Source: Candidatus Moraniibacteriota bacterium
GTDB lineage: Bacteria; Patescibacteriota; Minisyncoccia; Moranbacterales; UBA1568
NCBI GenBank assembly: GCA_016699975.1
Contig: CP064994.1
Coordinates: forward strand, 647,828-711,827
Direction of reading: 5' to 3'
Length of the DNA: 64,000 bases
Shown here: in pieces, positions 9,316 through 18,647 of the stretch
How positions within the stretch are numbered: position 1 is the first letter of the stretch
Layout of the letters: each line of letters starts with the position of its first letter
Notes under the pieces: generated by a model
The model's input: only the letters and a program-made list of their open reading frames with translations
Told to the model about the DNA's origin: nothing
Database searches by the model: none
Position numbers and translations under genes: made by a program

Positions 9316-9759
9316 CTACAATGTATTCTGACCCTTTTCTTCAAAACGCGCCTTCCCTTTGAAGAGAAAATTCCACCACTTTCTGTAGTTTGAAATGGAC
9401 GTCGTCTCCGACGAAGGAAGGAATCCCGGTTGCGAAAAGGTATCTTTTTTTTCGTCGCCGGAAAAAAGAGAGGATCGCTCTCGAATAAACACGACTTTCT
9501 CTCCCGTTTTCTGATATTCAAGCATTCGTTTTGCCTCTTGTTCCCGAAACGTGTCGGACTGGAGGTATTCGATACGGTCTCGAAGATTACGATTTTCCTG
9601 ATCAATGCGACTCGCTTCCTCTACGAGACTGCGTATCTCGGCATGTATGCGTTCGTTTCGTTTCGCTTCCTGATGAGCGCGATAGCCGAGAAAGAGGCTT
9701 ACTCCTACTCCCACCCCTACGAGAATGCCGGGAATGATTCGCAAAAAAATCCTTTTCAT
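9316..9759 (-). CDS. septum-formation initiator family protein (FtsB/DivIC-like)
   Basis: Single N-terminal TM helix followed by a heptad coiled coil (RNLRDRIEYLQSD). The size and architecture are typical of FtsB/DivIC. Confidence 0.45.
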   Translation of the reverse strand: MKRIFLRIIPGILVGVGVGVSLFLGYRAHQEAKRNERIHAEIRSLVEEASRIDQENRNLRDRIEYLQSDTFREQEAKRMLEYQKTGEKVVFIRERSSLFSGDEKKDTFSQPGFLPSSETTSISNYRKWWNFLFKGKARFEEKGQNTL

Positions 9760-10082
9760 ACAGTGAAGCTCCGAACGTTTCCCCTTTCAATCCTCTTTGC
9801 ATGCAGCAGGTACAAAACCCATTTTTCCAAGGACAGACCGCGCTTTTAAGAAAAAGAAAAAATCGGAAGAATAAGAAAGAAAAGCATGGAGATGACCGCA
9901 AGCACAGAAACGATAACCCATGCGATATATAGTCGTCGATGACGTTTTTTGAATGAGGTCATACGCGGAAACAAGAGAAATGAAGAAGCGAAGCGAGTAT
10001 ATCAAAAATTTCCATGGCTGTGAATGTCTCAGTCTCCCCCTTTTTCGGACGAGAGAAGGATCACCGGAGAAAGAGTTCCCCG

Positions 10083-12098
10083 CTATTTTTCAGGGTGATT
10101 CGAAGAGCTTGCTCCGTTCTCGAGAGAACTTCGCTCTGAAGAAAGGATAGTTCTCACTTCTCCAAGGTCAATCCGATCTCGGATGCGCTGAAAGGATTTT
10201 GGGGCGATGTGAGTCATTTGCCCCAAAGAAAGCGGGGTTTCTCGCGGAGAATACGCCTGAGGCGTGGAAGAGGTGGTACCACGAGACGACAATTTTCTCT
10301 CGGGCTCGCGATCAGCAATGCCGCCTGTATTTCCCGAAGAAGGAGGTGGCGATTGAACACCCTCATTCCCCATTAGCTCGGAATCTCCCCGCGCACGAGC
10401 GAGCGTTTTCTGAAAACTCTTAAAATGCTCACGACAAAATGTTGGGCGTTTTCCATCCGGTTCGAACGGAACTTCTATTTCGAGGTCGCAAACGGCACAG
10501 CGCGCTTTATGAAGTTCTCGATTTTCACGAGGAGGTGTTTCTTTCGATCGAAAACTTTCCCGATGCCCCTCGTATCTTTCGGAATTTGAAGAAATGACAA
10601 ACTCGTTCGATTCCCGTCTCGGTGGAGGAGGTGGAGAGAAAGAGTCAGAGTCATCCGATCGTATATTTCTGTAAGACGAAGGAGGAGCACTTCTGAACGA
10701 GGAGGGTTCTGCGGGAAGAGAAGTTCGCGACACAAAAGAAGACGGGGGTGATTTCCGTTCAGAAATCGCTTCGTTTGCTCGAGTGCGCATACGTTCTTCA
10801 AAAACCTGCCGCTCTTCTTCCGTGAGCATTCCCGTCCAACGCCGAATTTTGTCTTCGACATCTTGTTTCTTGGTAGCGTAGCGCTCGCGGGAAATGCGAA
10901 TCACTTTTTGAGCATTTTCTTCGCTTTCCGGGAGTTTGATAGGAGGGAGTGTTGTCGCACTAAAAGCATCCCCCGCAATCCCGTCGATCATGAGTTTGAG
11001 GTAGATATTGTACTTTTCGAGATTCACAATATCCGTCGCCAGAAAAATCGGCGAAAATTCTTTTTCAAGGAACTCTGCGTCCGTTGCGCCAACCCGAAAA
11101 CTCACAATGCTTCCAGCGTTTCCGAAAATCGCATCACGAACGGTTTCTTCCAATTGCAAAATATATTGGTTGGCAAGTACCAGATTCAGACGGTACTTCC
11201 TCGCTTCCGAGAGAATATTTGCAAAGGACTCGGTAGCGAAATTTTGGAACTCGTCCACGTAGAGATAAAAATCTTTTCGTTCGTCTTCCGGTGTGTCGAC
11301 TCGGCCCATGGCAGCCAGTTGGATTTTCGTGATCATCATGGCGCCGATAAGCGCGCTGTTATCTTCCCCGATTCTTCCCTTCGAGAGATTCATAATGAGA
11401 ATCTTTCGATTGTCCATTACATTGCGCACATCAAACGACGAAACCGTTTGCCCCACAATATTGCGAATCAGCGAACTCGAAAGAAATTGTCCCACCTTGT
11501 TTTGGATTGGAGCAATCACTTCCTGAAGCACTCGATCATTCCATTTTGTGTATTCGTCGACCCAAAAAGATTTTACGACCGGATCGCTCACGCGATCGAC
11601 GACTCGTTTTCGATATTCTTTGTCAACCAAAAGTCGCATAACACCAAGAAGCGTGCTCCCGGGATACTCAAGAAGCGCGAGAATAGCGTTTCGAAGAATA
11701 TATTCAAGACGCGGTCCCCACGAATCGGCCCAGATTTTTTTAAACACTCCAACCAATCCCGAAGCGACGAGATGTCGATACTCTCCCGAAACATGCTCCA
11801 TGACATTGAAGGCGACTGGATACTCTTGATCGGATGGATTGAAATAAATGACATCATTGATACGAGAGGGCGGGATCGCGCGAATCAATTTTTCGGCCGT
11901 GTCCCCATGAGGATCAATATAGGCGACCCCCGAACCATGTTGAATATCTTGAATGACGAGATTCTCGAGAAGATTCGTTTTTCCCATGCCGGTCTTCCCG
12001 ATGATATACATATGACGTCGCCGGTCATCGGCTTTAATCCCGAAGACACGGTCTTCGTTGCGAAAATTCGTCTTCGCAAAATAGGTCACTTCATTCAT
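10083..12098 (-). CDS. VirD4/TraD-like (coupling-protein-type) P-loop NTPase with Pro/Ser-rich linker and C-terminal C4 zinc ribbon; no TM segment
   Basis: Walker A (IIGKTGMGKTNL), IDPHGD, Walker B (FYLYVDEFQNF); the overall pattern matches the TraD/TrwB/VirD4 AAA-like fold. Residues ~470-560 are low-complexity P/S/R-rich. The C-terminus reads CAVCDLEIEVPFEPDGKRPTFCREHF (CxxC...PFxPxxxRPxxC). Confidence 0.7.
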   Translation of the reverse strand: MNEVTYFAKTNFRNEDRVFGIKADDRRRHMYIIGKTGMGKTNLLENLVIQDIQHGSGVAYIDPHGDTAEKLIRAIPPSRINDVIYFNPSDQEYPVAFNVMEHVSGEYRHLVASGLVGVFKKIWADSWGPRLEYILRNAILALLEYPGSTLLGVMRLLVDKEYRKRVVDRVSDPVVKSFWVDEYTKWNDRVLQEVIAPIQNKVGQFLSSSLIRNIVGQTVSSFDVRNVMDNRKILIMNLSKGRIGEDNSALIGAMMITKIQLAAMGRVDTPEDERKDFYLYVDEFQNFATESFANILSEARKYRLNLVLANQYILQLEETVRDAIFGNAGSIVSFRVGATDAEFLEKEFSPIFLATDIVNLEKYNIYLKLMIDGIAGDAFSATTLPPIKLPESEENAQKVIRISRERYATKKQDVEDKIRRWTGMLTEEERQVFEERMRTRANEAISERKSPPSSFVSRTSLPAEPSSFRSAPPSSYRNIRSDDSDSFSPPPPPRRESNEFVISSNSERYEGHRESFRSKETPPRENRELHKARCAVCDLEIEVPFEPDGKRPTFCREHFKSFQKTLARARGDSELMGNEGVQSPPPSSGNTGGIADREPERKLSSRGTTSSTPQAYSPRETPLSLGQMTHIAPKSFQRIRDRIDLGEVRTILSSERSSLENGASSSNHPEK

Positions 12099-12124
12099 AA
12101 GTATGGCGATCGCGATAAGAAATG

Positions 12125-13423
12125 TTACTGAAGCGGCAAATTGGAGGGCGCGGAACCTCGCTTTGCAGCGACTCTCGTGAGAGACGGGGCAACTACATTC
12201 ATATCGGGAATGTGAAACAGCGTCGCGAGTTCTGCGGTACTCAAAGCAAGCATCGGTACCGGCGAATCGGGATCTCGAAATTTATATCGTCGGAGAATTT
12301 TTCGTTGCCGATATCGGAGGCGCGATTGCGTAAAAAGATAATTTGCGTACGTTTTGGACGCGTCATTTGGCTTGAAGCCGTTGAGATTGAAATCGTTGAA
12401 TTGCTTGAGTCCTCCAAAGAAGGCCGAAATGAATGAACGATCGAAACCTTTCTTTTTTCCGAGGTAGAGCACTCGCAAGCGACATCCAAAAACGTTTCTT
12501 CCGATATTTGCTTCCAGAGCTTTCACGACTTCCTTTTCGATGGGCGTCAACTGATATTCGAGAAAGTCTTTCTTTTCAGGTTTCACTTCGGCCGAAGAGA
12601 GATCAATCGGCTCTCCCGCAATCGCTTTTGGAATCGCGCTCACCATGGTGCCGATCCCTGAAGTTATATCTCCCAAGAGAGTCGTCGGTTTTACCTTCGG
12701 TGTTCGCCCAATAATTTCATTGAGAAGCGCTTTCCCGGTATTGTAATAGTCGGGACGCAAAGGAGTAATGATGATCTGAAACCAGAGTTTTTGTCCGAGA
12801 GGAAGTTTCCCAAATGATTCAAGAAGGCCCGCGAGCGGATCAATCATCTTTCCCGTTACATCTTCCTCGTAGTAGTGATAGGTCTTTATGGGATACGGAT
12901 CGGGCTTCGTAAATTCGACATCGGCGCCGAATAAGTCCCATTCCTTGTTGGGGGCACCCTTCGGAATTTCTTCCACGTAGTCCGGCACCTCCAAAATTTC
13001 AACGTCCGCATATTGGGCGTAAAAGTACGCCTCGATCAGATTGCGGAATGAGGCAGGAGTACGAACATAGAGATGCGATCCTGTTGCCCCGTCCCCAGTA
13101 AGTTCGAAACTAATAAAGGGAGGGAGGTACCCCTGAACAAACGACTCGACGGTCGTTGGTGATTTGTCGACTCCCGCAATGCCATCAAAAATCGTTTCCA
13201 TCACCTTCGGACTCTTTTCGACGTTTCGAGGGGGAATGATTTCCAGGAGAACCGTTTTTATATTCCCGATATACTGATCCTGGATATAATCCATCCAGAG
13301 AAATTTGAAGACAAAATAAAGCGCGGGAGGAAAAACAAAAAACCACACGTGTCCGATAACACCAAAAATATCGGAAAGTGCTTGAAATATATCGTGGGGC
13401 GCCTGAGAGAAGAACGTGCTCAT
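12125..13423 (-). CDS. hypothetical membrane protein with two N-terminal TM helices and a large soluble domain; co-operonic with the ATPase
   Basis: Hydrophobic N-terminus (VWFFVFPPALYFVFKFLW). Its 26-nt gap to the ATPase gene suggests one operon. No recognisable catalytic motif. Confidence 0.45.
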   Translation of the reverse strand: MSTFFSQAPHDIFQALSDIFGVIGHVWFFVFPPALYFVFKFLWMDYIQDQYIGNIKTVLLEIIPPRNVEKSPKVMETIFDGIAGVDKSPTTVESFVQGYLPPFISFELTGDGATGSHLYVRTPASFRNLIEAYFYAQYADVEILEVPDYVEEIPKGAPNKEWDLFGADVEFTKPDPYPIKTYHYYEEDVTGKMIDPLAGLLESFGKLPLGQKLWFQIIITPLRPDYYNTGKALLNEIIGRTPKVKPTTLLGDITSGIGTMVSAIPKAIAGEPIDLSSAEVKPEKKDFLEYQLTPIEKEVVKALEANIGRNVFGCRLRVLYLGKKKGFDRSFISAFFGGLKQFNDFNLNGFKPNDASKTYANYLFTQSRLRYRQRKILRRYKFRDPDSPVPMLALSTAELATLFHIPDMNVVAPSLTRVAAKRGSAPSNLPLQ

Positions 13424-13558
13424 GGGATAATTCGTTGAAAACCCCGATCCTCGAAAAGAAGTCGATTCAAAAGTTCAAGAAAATAAAAAGAAAGTCCGGC
13501 GCTCTGCCTTTCAGCTTTCGGGAATCAAAGAGAACCATTCCCAAGAGCTGTCAATTCT

Positions 13559-14362
13559 TTATTCAAAACGAAGCGGTTCCTTCAAAAAATACCGATTCTC
13601 TCCGACTCGCGCAAAAAAGGAGTTGAGATTGATGACAATGGTTGATTCTTTGACGTCGCGCACCTTCAGCACTTCGGCGATAAGTTCTTCGCGCTTGAGC
13701 GGCTTTTTCTTTTCCCGGAGAACTTCTTCCAGAACTTCTCGTACGGTACCGCGGCGATATCCCCATTCGACGAGCGCATATGTTCCGCGGCCCACCAGGA
13801 CAAAACGCTTGTCTTTGATGAGTTCGTTGTGAACCGTTTGAGGATGCGTAGTGCGACCTGGCTTTTGGAGTCCTTTCGCATCAATCCGTTCGGCGATTTC
13901 TCGAAAATGAAGTGGTTTTCCTTCAGCTTCAACCACAAGATAGGCTCGCTCTTTCGTACCGCGCGGACAAATATCACTCCAGGAAGGAAATCCCCATCGA
14001 TCAAACGGATTTTTTTGGACCCCTTTCGAAACTGACAGAAAGCCTCGCATTTCTTCCTCGCTCATCTCCTCTGAAGGCGAGCGTTTTTTAAGAGCATGGA
14101 GGAGTTCCTTTTCAGCGATTGATGTCTTTCGGTCCGTAAAAAACTGGAGGACCGATTCGTTGAAGGATTCCCATTTCGAAAGATCGAATGACGAGAGAAG
14201 AACCGAAGGACGAAGTGATGGCGTTTCTTTCAAAAAAAATCGATCGGATAGAACCGCAAGAAAAAAACGAACAGCGCCCCGCTCTTTGGAATTGTCTCCT
14301 GCAATCGCTTCGAAAAACGCTTCTTTTTTTCGAGTATACCATGCGACTTTTTGAGCGTCCAT
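13559..14362 (-). CDS. tandem HARE-HTH domain DNA-binding protein; possibly the C-terminal part of the overlapping upstream ORF
   Basis: Two copies of the HARE-HTH signature (KPLHFREIAERI...RFVLVGRGTYALVEWGY and KPLKREELIAEVL...FFARVGENRYFL). Confidence 0.55.
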   Translation of the reverse strand: MDAQKVAWYTRKKEAFFEAIAGDNSKERGAVRFFLAVLSDRFFLKETPSLRPSVLLSSFDLSKWESFNESVLQFFTDRKTSIAEKELLHALKKRSPSEEMSEEEMRGFLSVSKGVQKNPFDRWGFPSWSDICPRGTKERAYLVVEAEGKPLHFREIAERIDAKGLQKPGRTTHPQTVHNELIKDKRFVLVGRGTYALVEWGYRRGTVREVLEEVLREKKKPLKREELIAEVLKVRDVKESTIVINLNSFFARVGENRYFLKEPLRFE

Positions 14363-14664
14363 TCGATTCGTTTCGCTACTTCTTCAAGCGGAGAAGAGGT
14401 GCGTTTCCCACGAACATCACGCAAAAGACCAGAAACGATCTGGCGAATACGCTCCCGCGTAATGCCATATGTCTTCCCGATTTCTTCAAGTGTCATCGGC
14501 GGCTTTCCCGTCGCCCCATAACGCGCCGATACAATCGCCAAAGCCCTCGGTGAGATCGAATGGAGAAACCGGCGAAATGCGGCGGAATAAAACGGAGAGA
14601 GAGAAGAACCATCTTTCTTTGGAGCCTTCCCGATACCGAGAGGCAGAGATCGCGAGGGAGTCAT
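14230..14664 (-). CDS. sigma-70 region-4-like HTH protein; overlaps the HARE-HTH ORF by 133 nt in another frame with an A7 run in the overlap
   Basis: MTLEEIGKTYGITRERIRQIV matches the sigma-70 region 4 HTH. The overlap contains CGAAAAAAAGAA. Confidence 0.45.
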   Translation of the reverse strand: MTPSRSLPLGIGKAPKKDGSSLSPFYSAAFRRFLHSISPRALAIVSARYGATGKPPMTLEEIGKTYGITRERIRQIVSGLLRDVRGKRTSSPLEEVAKRIEWTLKKSHGILEKKKRFSKRLQETIPKSGALFVFFLRFYPIDFF

Positions 14665-14797
14665 AGGAAAATGAAACAGAAAGAATACAAGACAACGTGT
14701 CCCGGCATATTAGCGCACATTCCATTTTTTTGTCAAGATTAAAGAAAGAGAGGCTCTTCCCTCCCTCACTTTTCGCGAAGAAATCGAGGGAGGAGTT

Positions 14798-17107
14798 CTA
14801 CAGGGAAAACGTTCCTTCCTTTTCAACATCATCAAGCCGCACAGAGAGTACTTTCGAAATGCCATCGTCTCCCATAGTGACACCGTAGAGCAGTGCGGCG
14901 CGGCGCATTGTTTCCCGATTATGAGTAATCGCCACAAACTGAGTCTTTTGAGAAAGTTCGCGGAGCAAGTCGCCGAAGCGTTTCGAATTCGATTCGTCGA
15001 GCGCTGCTTCGACCTCGTCGAGCACCGCGAAAGGAGGCGGGTTATGCGAAATAATAGCAAAGAGAAGGGCGAGGGCGACGAGGGAGCGCTCCCCGCCCGA
15101 AAGCATTGAGAGATTCGCGATTCTTTTGCCCGGAGGCGTCGCGACAATATCGATTCCTGCTTCGCGCTCACCAAAGTCACTGTCTTCACCAGCTTCACCA
15201 GTGAATCGGTCGCCTTCCGAAACGCCAGTCTCATCGGTATTCTCCCCGAGAGATCGAGACAGTTCTCTTTTTCGAAGAGACGCGCTTCCCCCGCCAAAAA
15301 TAATTTTAAAGTAACGGTCAAATTCTTTGTTTACCTCCTTCCATGCCGACTCGAATGCGGTCTCGGTCTTCGTTTCCATTTCCCGAATAACCGATCGGAG
15401 CGATTCAACCGCTCGCTTCAAGTCTTCCGACTCGGAAGTAAGGAAGGAGAAACGTTTTTCTGTTTCTTCACATTCCTCGACCACCGTTTTGTCGATGCCA
15501 CCAATGTGCTCGAGCTCCACTTTGAGGCGGAGGATGTCGCGTTCGAGTTTCTCAGGATCAATTTCGTCATCTTCCGCGGGAAGAGGAGGAAGCTCGTCGG
15601 GCACCACGTGAAGCTCCTCGAATATTTCAGCTGCAAGATCTTCTTCGCGAACCTCGACTCGGGCCATACGAACTTTCCATTCGCTCGCTCGCTCTTTCTC
15701 ATTCGAAAGTTGGTGCTCCGCTTCCCGAGAAGATCGTTCCAGCTCAAAAAATTTCTTGCGACTTTGTTCCATGTCCGCAGCGAAACGCTCGAGCAGTCTC
15801 TCGTTTTCTGCAATTCGCTCTTTGAGACGATCTCGCTCTCCTTGTGTGTGCCCCTGTTTGGATATGAGCAAACGAAGGTGTTCATCACTTTTTTCTTTTT
15901 CTTCGGGAGAGAGTGAAACTGTGTGCGTCGTGACAATCGAGTCCTTGCCCGCTTGCTCGTGAAGCTCGAACAATCGCGTTGCGACGACGCGAGCGAGTTC
16001 GCGAAGTTCTTGAAGTTCTTCGAGCGATTCGACATGCGAGATTCGATCGATGAGTTTTTCTTGGTGCACTCGGATTTCTTCAAGAATACTCCGCACGAAA
16101 GTGCGATCAACGGGAACCGATTCGGTCACGGTGCGCGGTTTTCGACGTTCTTCTTCGGTTTCGATTCTTCCAAGAAGAAGAGCGAGTTCCCGCTCAAGTT
16201 GGTAAAGATTCTCCCGCGCGAGACGATTCTCTTCTTCCGATTTCTTTCGGGGAGTTTCGTCGGTCGAACGCTGTGATTCGAACGAGAGTTCCTCGTGAAT
16301 TTTTTGAACGCGCTCCTCCAGGGTTCGAATGCGCTCCTCCATGATTTCTTTCTCTCTGAAAAAATTTGCTCGCTCGGCACGATATTTTTTTCGAAGAAAG
16401 GAAAAACGTCGCTCCTGTTTGGTTCGAAGCGTCTTCTCGAGCTCTTGCCCCCGACTTGCTCGCTCGGCTTGCTTCCTGAGGTGTTTGAGGTGCGGTTCAA
16501 TTTCACGAAGCAATGCTTCGACCTGAGCAATATTTTGTTTGGTTGACTCGAGTTTTCGAATCGCTCGCTCCTTCTCGAGACGATACTGCTTCACGCCAGC
16601 CGCTTCCTCGAGGAAGATTCGTCGTTCGGCGGGAGAAGCGGAAAGAACCGCGTCCGACATGCCCTGCGTAATAACAGAGTAGCTGTCCCGACCAATCGAC
16701 GCTCGTGCCAAGAGATCCGTAATATCAAGAAGTCGTACCCGCGCACCGTTTAAAAGGTATTCGCTCTCGCCGCTTCGGAAAAGACGTCTTGTAACCGTCA
16801 CTTCTTCGTATTCGATCGGGATACGCTTATCTTTGTTTTCAAAAAAGAGAGAGACGGATGCGCTCCCGAGGCGTGCCTTTTTATCCGTCCCCGCAAATAT
16901 CACATCCTCCCCCTTCTTTCCGCGCAGGTGTTTAGCAGACTGCTCGCCAATCGCCCAGCGAATCGCATCTGCCACATTTGATTTTCCCGATCCATTTGGG
17001 CCCACGATTGCCGTAATAGGAAACCCTCCGCTCGATCCGGAGAATTCCAACACTGTTTTTCGTGCAAACGATTTAAATCCCGAAATTTCGATTCGCTTGA
17101 GAAACAT
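14798..17107 (-). CDS. SMC-family coiled-coil ATPase (769 aa, no recognisable hinge domain)
   Basis: N-terminal Walker A (GPNGSGKSN); C-terminal signature and Walker B (LSGGERSLVALALLFAI, AVLDEVEAALD). Long Glu/Arg-rich coiled coil between the two ends. Confidence 0.8.
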   Translation of the reverse strand: MFLKRIEISGFKSFARKTVLEFSGSSGGFPITAIVGPNGSGKSNVADAIRWAIGEQSAKHLRGKKGEDVIFAGTDKKARLGSASVSLFFENKDKRIPIEYEEVTVTRRLFRSGESEYLLNGARVRLLDITDLLARASIGRDSYSVITQGMSDAVLSASPAERRIFLEEAAGVKQYRLEKERAIRKLESTKQNIAQVEALLREIEPHLKHLRKQAERASRGQELEKTLRTKQERRFSFLRKKYRAERANFFREKEIMEERIRTLEERVQKIHEELSFESQRSTDETPRKKSEEENRLARENLYQLERELALLLGRIETEEERRKPRTVTESVPVDRTFVRSILEEIRVHQEKLIDRISHVESLEELQELRELARVVATRLFELHEQAGKDSIVTTHTVSLSPEEKEKSDEHLRLLISKQGHTQGERDRLKERIAENERLLERFAADMEQSRKKFFELERSSREAEHQLSNEKERASEWKVRMARVEVREEDLAAEIFEELHVVPDELPPLPAEDDEIDPEKLERDILRLKVELEHIGGIDKTVVEECEETEKRFSFLTSESEDLKRAVESLRSVIREMETKTETAFESAWKEVNKEFDRYFKIIFGGGSASLRKRELSRSLGENTDETGVSEGDRFTGEAGEDSDFGEREAGIDIVATPPGKRIANLSMLSGGERSLVALALLFAIISHNPPPFAVLDEVEAALDESNSKRFGDLLRELSQKTQFVAITHNRETMRRAALLYGVTMGDDGISKVLSVRLDDVEKEGTFSL

Positions 17108-17168
17108 AAAAAAGCATGTCGAAAAGAAGACGTGACGCCAGTATACATGTTTTCTCTCCCCTTTTCAC

Positions 17169-18635
17169 CTATTGCGCAAGGCTTCCAGCAAAAGAAATAC
17201 CATTTCGTTCAAAAACAGCTTCCCGAACCGAAGTCGGCGCAAAGCGAATCGGATACCCTGGTTCCCCAAGAAGGAGTGACGGAAAAAGGCGAAGCTCCTC
17301 CCCGCGAAAAGAAAAGCCGACAACGAGCACGCCTCTCGGAGACGACAAAGCGGGATCGGAGGCTGTATTGAGAGAAAAGAAAAGAGGAACTCCGCGATAT
17401 GTTTCGAAAAGAGGGGCGGCGGGAGAAGGGGTTCCTTCTCCCAGTATGAGATCAGCTCCCCGATCGACGAGCGCCCTCGCTTTTTCTCGTCGGGAAAAGT
17501 GGGTGTCACCCGCTCCCCATTCGAGAAAGACAACAAGCGGAATATCGGAATCATTCGGGATACTTTTCATGAGGCGATCGAATCGATCCTCATCGGTCAA
17601 TTGCTCGGCAACAAATCGAACGCCCTCTCGGGTATATCCACTCCTCAATTCCGAAGAAATCGGATTGTCTTGAAAAAAGTTCTCTTCCTGACTCCACCAG
17701 AGTCTTTGAAGCATTTCTTCTTTCTGGAGAGACTGTCGGCCCGTCTTCCCGACCGCCAGAAAGTGTACAGGAGATTTTTCAGGCGCGCTCTCAAAGGAAG
17801 ATGCTTTCGAGAAGAAGCCTGTGATGTAACTCGTCGTCTCACCGGCAACATCGTTCCTCAGGATATATCCAGAATTGGAATTTTTACGAAGTGTAAACGA
17901 TGATGCTCCAGAGAGCTGCGCATACGAAGAGAGAAGCGCAAGCCCCGGAACACAATCTGTATCAAGCGCAGAAAATTTTTCCACGGAAAAAGTGCGGAGC
18001 GCCGCAATGGTCGCTTCGTCGTGAAACGATGCAAGAATCGGATCCAATGTATGAGAAAAATCGGAAGAGAGAATAAGGAGGCTCTCCCCCGGAAGAGCAT
18101 GAAGCGCCCGCGCAAGTGAGACGCTCTCTCTCAGACTCATTTCGTCTCGCACTACAATGGGAAGAAGAGGAATACCCGGAAAGTACTCCTTCACAAAAGG
18201 GAGAAGGTTCTTTATTCCATGTTCGGGACGAAGGACGCTTGGCTCGTTCGAGAGCTGCCCTTCCCGTTCCAACACTTCGATCGATCGAGTGTCGACAAGG
18301 ATTTCGGATTGTCCCAGGCCTTGAATCCGATCGGCCGTGATCGCACGCCCCACCCCATTCGAAAAATGATTCGGGCTCACGAGAATGATTCTCGCAGGGA
18401 GAGACGAAGCAGTGGAATGCGCAGCCTGGGAGAACATATCATGAATCATGTCCTCCGCCACAAGATGGTGCGGCACCAGAAAAACACGAATTGGGGAGAC
18501 TGACTGGTTCGAGGGTATCTCGGTCGATCGTATTTCTGGAAGAGGCGCGCTTCTTTCCGCTCGTTCTTTTGTCGCAGGAACAGCACACAGCGCCCCCGTA
18601 AGAAACACCGCCGCGAAAACAAGATTCCGGTTCAT
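17169..18635 (-). CDS. secreted MEMO1/AmmeMemoRadiSam-B-like protein fused to an uncharacterised C-terminal domain
   Basis: Signal peptide; VFLVPHH...SPNHF...SSDFSH pattern typical of the Memo family. The C-terminal ~180 aa are unassigned. Confidence 0.5.
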   Translation of the reverse strand: MNRNLVFAAVFLTGALCAVPATKERAERSAPLPEIRSTEIPSNQSVSPIRVFLVPHHLVAEDMIHDMFSQAAHSTASSLPARIILVSPNHFSNGVGRAITADRIQGLGQSEILVDTRSIEVLEREGQLSNEPSVLRPEHGIKNLLPFVKEYFPGIPLLPIVVRDEMSLRESVSLARALHALPGESLLILSSDFSHTLDPILASFHDEATIAALRTFSVEKFSALDTDCVPGLALLSSYAQLSGASSFTLRKNSNSGYILRNDVAGETTSYITGFFSKASSFESAPEKSPVHFLAVGKTGRQSLQKEEMLQRLWWSQEENFFQDNPISSELRSGYTREGVRFVAEQLTDEDRFDRLMKSIPNDSDIPLVVFLEWGAGDTHFSRREKARALVDRGADLILGEGTPSPAAPLFETYRGVPLFFSLNTASDPALSSPRGVLVVGFSFRGEELRLFPSLLLGEPGYPIRFAPTSVREAVFERNGISFAGSLAQ

Positions 18636-18647
18636 GAGAGCGCCATA

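Noticed and set aside
10863-12131. 422-aa plus-strand ORF opposite the ATPase gene
   Set aside because: Antisense shadow ORF of the motif-rich minus-strand ATPase; Arg/Ser/Phe-rich low-complexity translation with no motifs.
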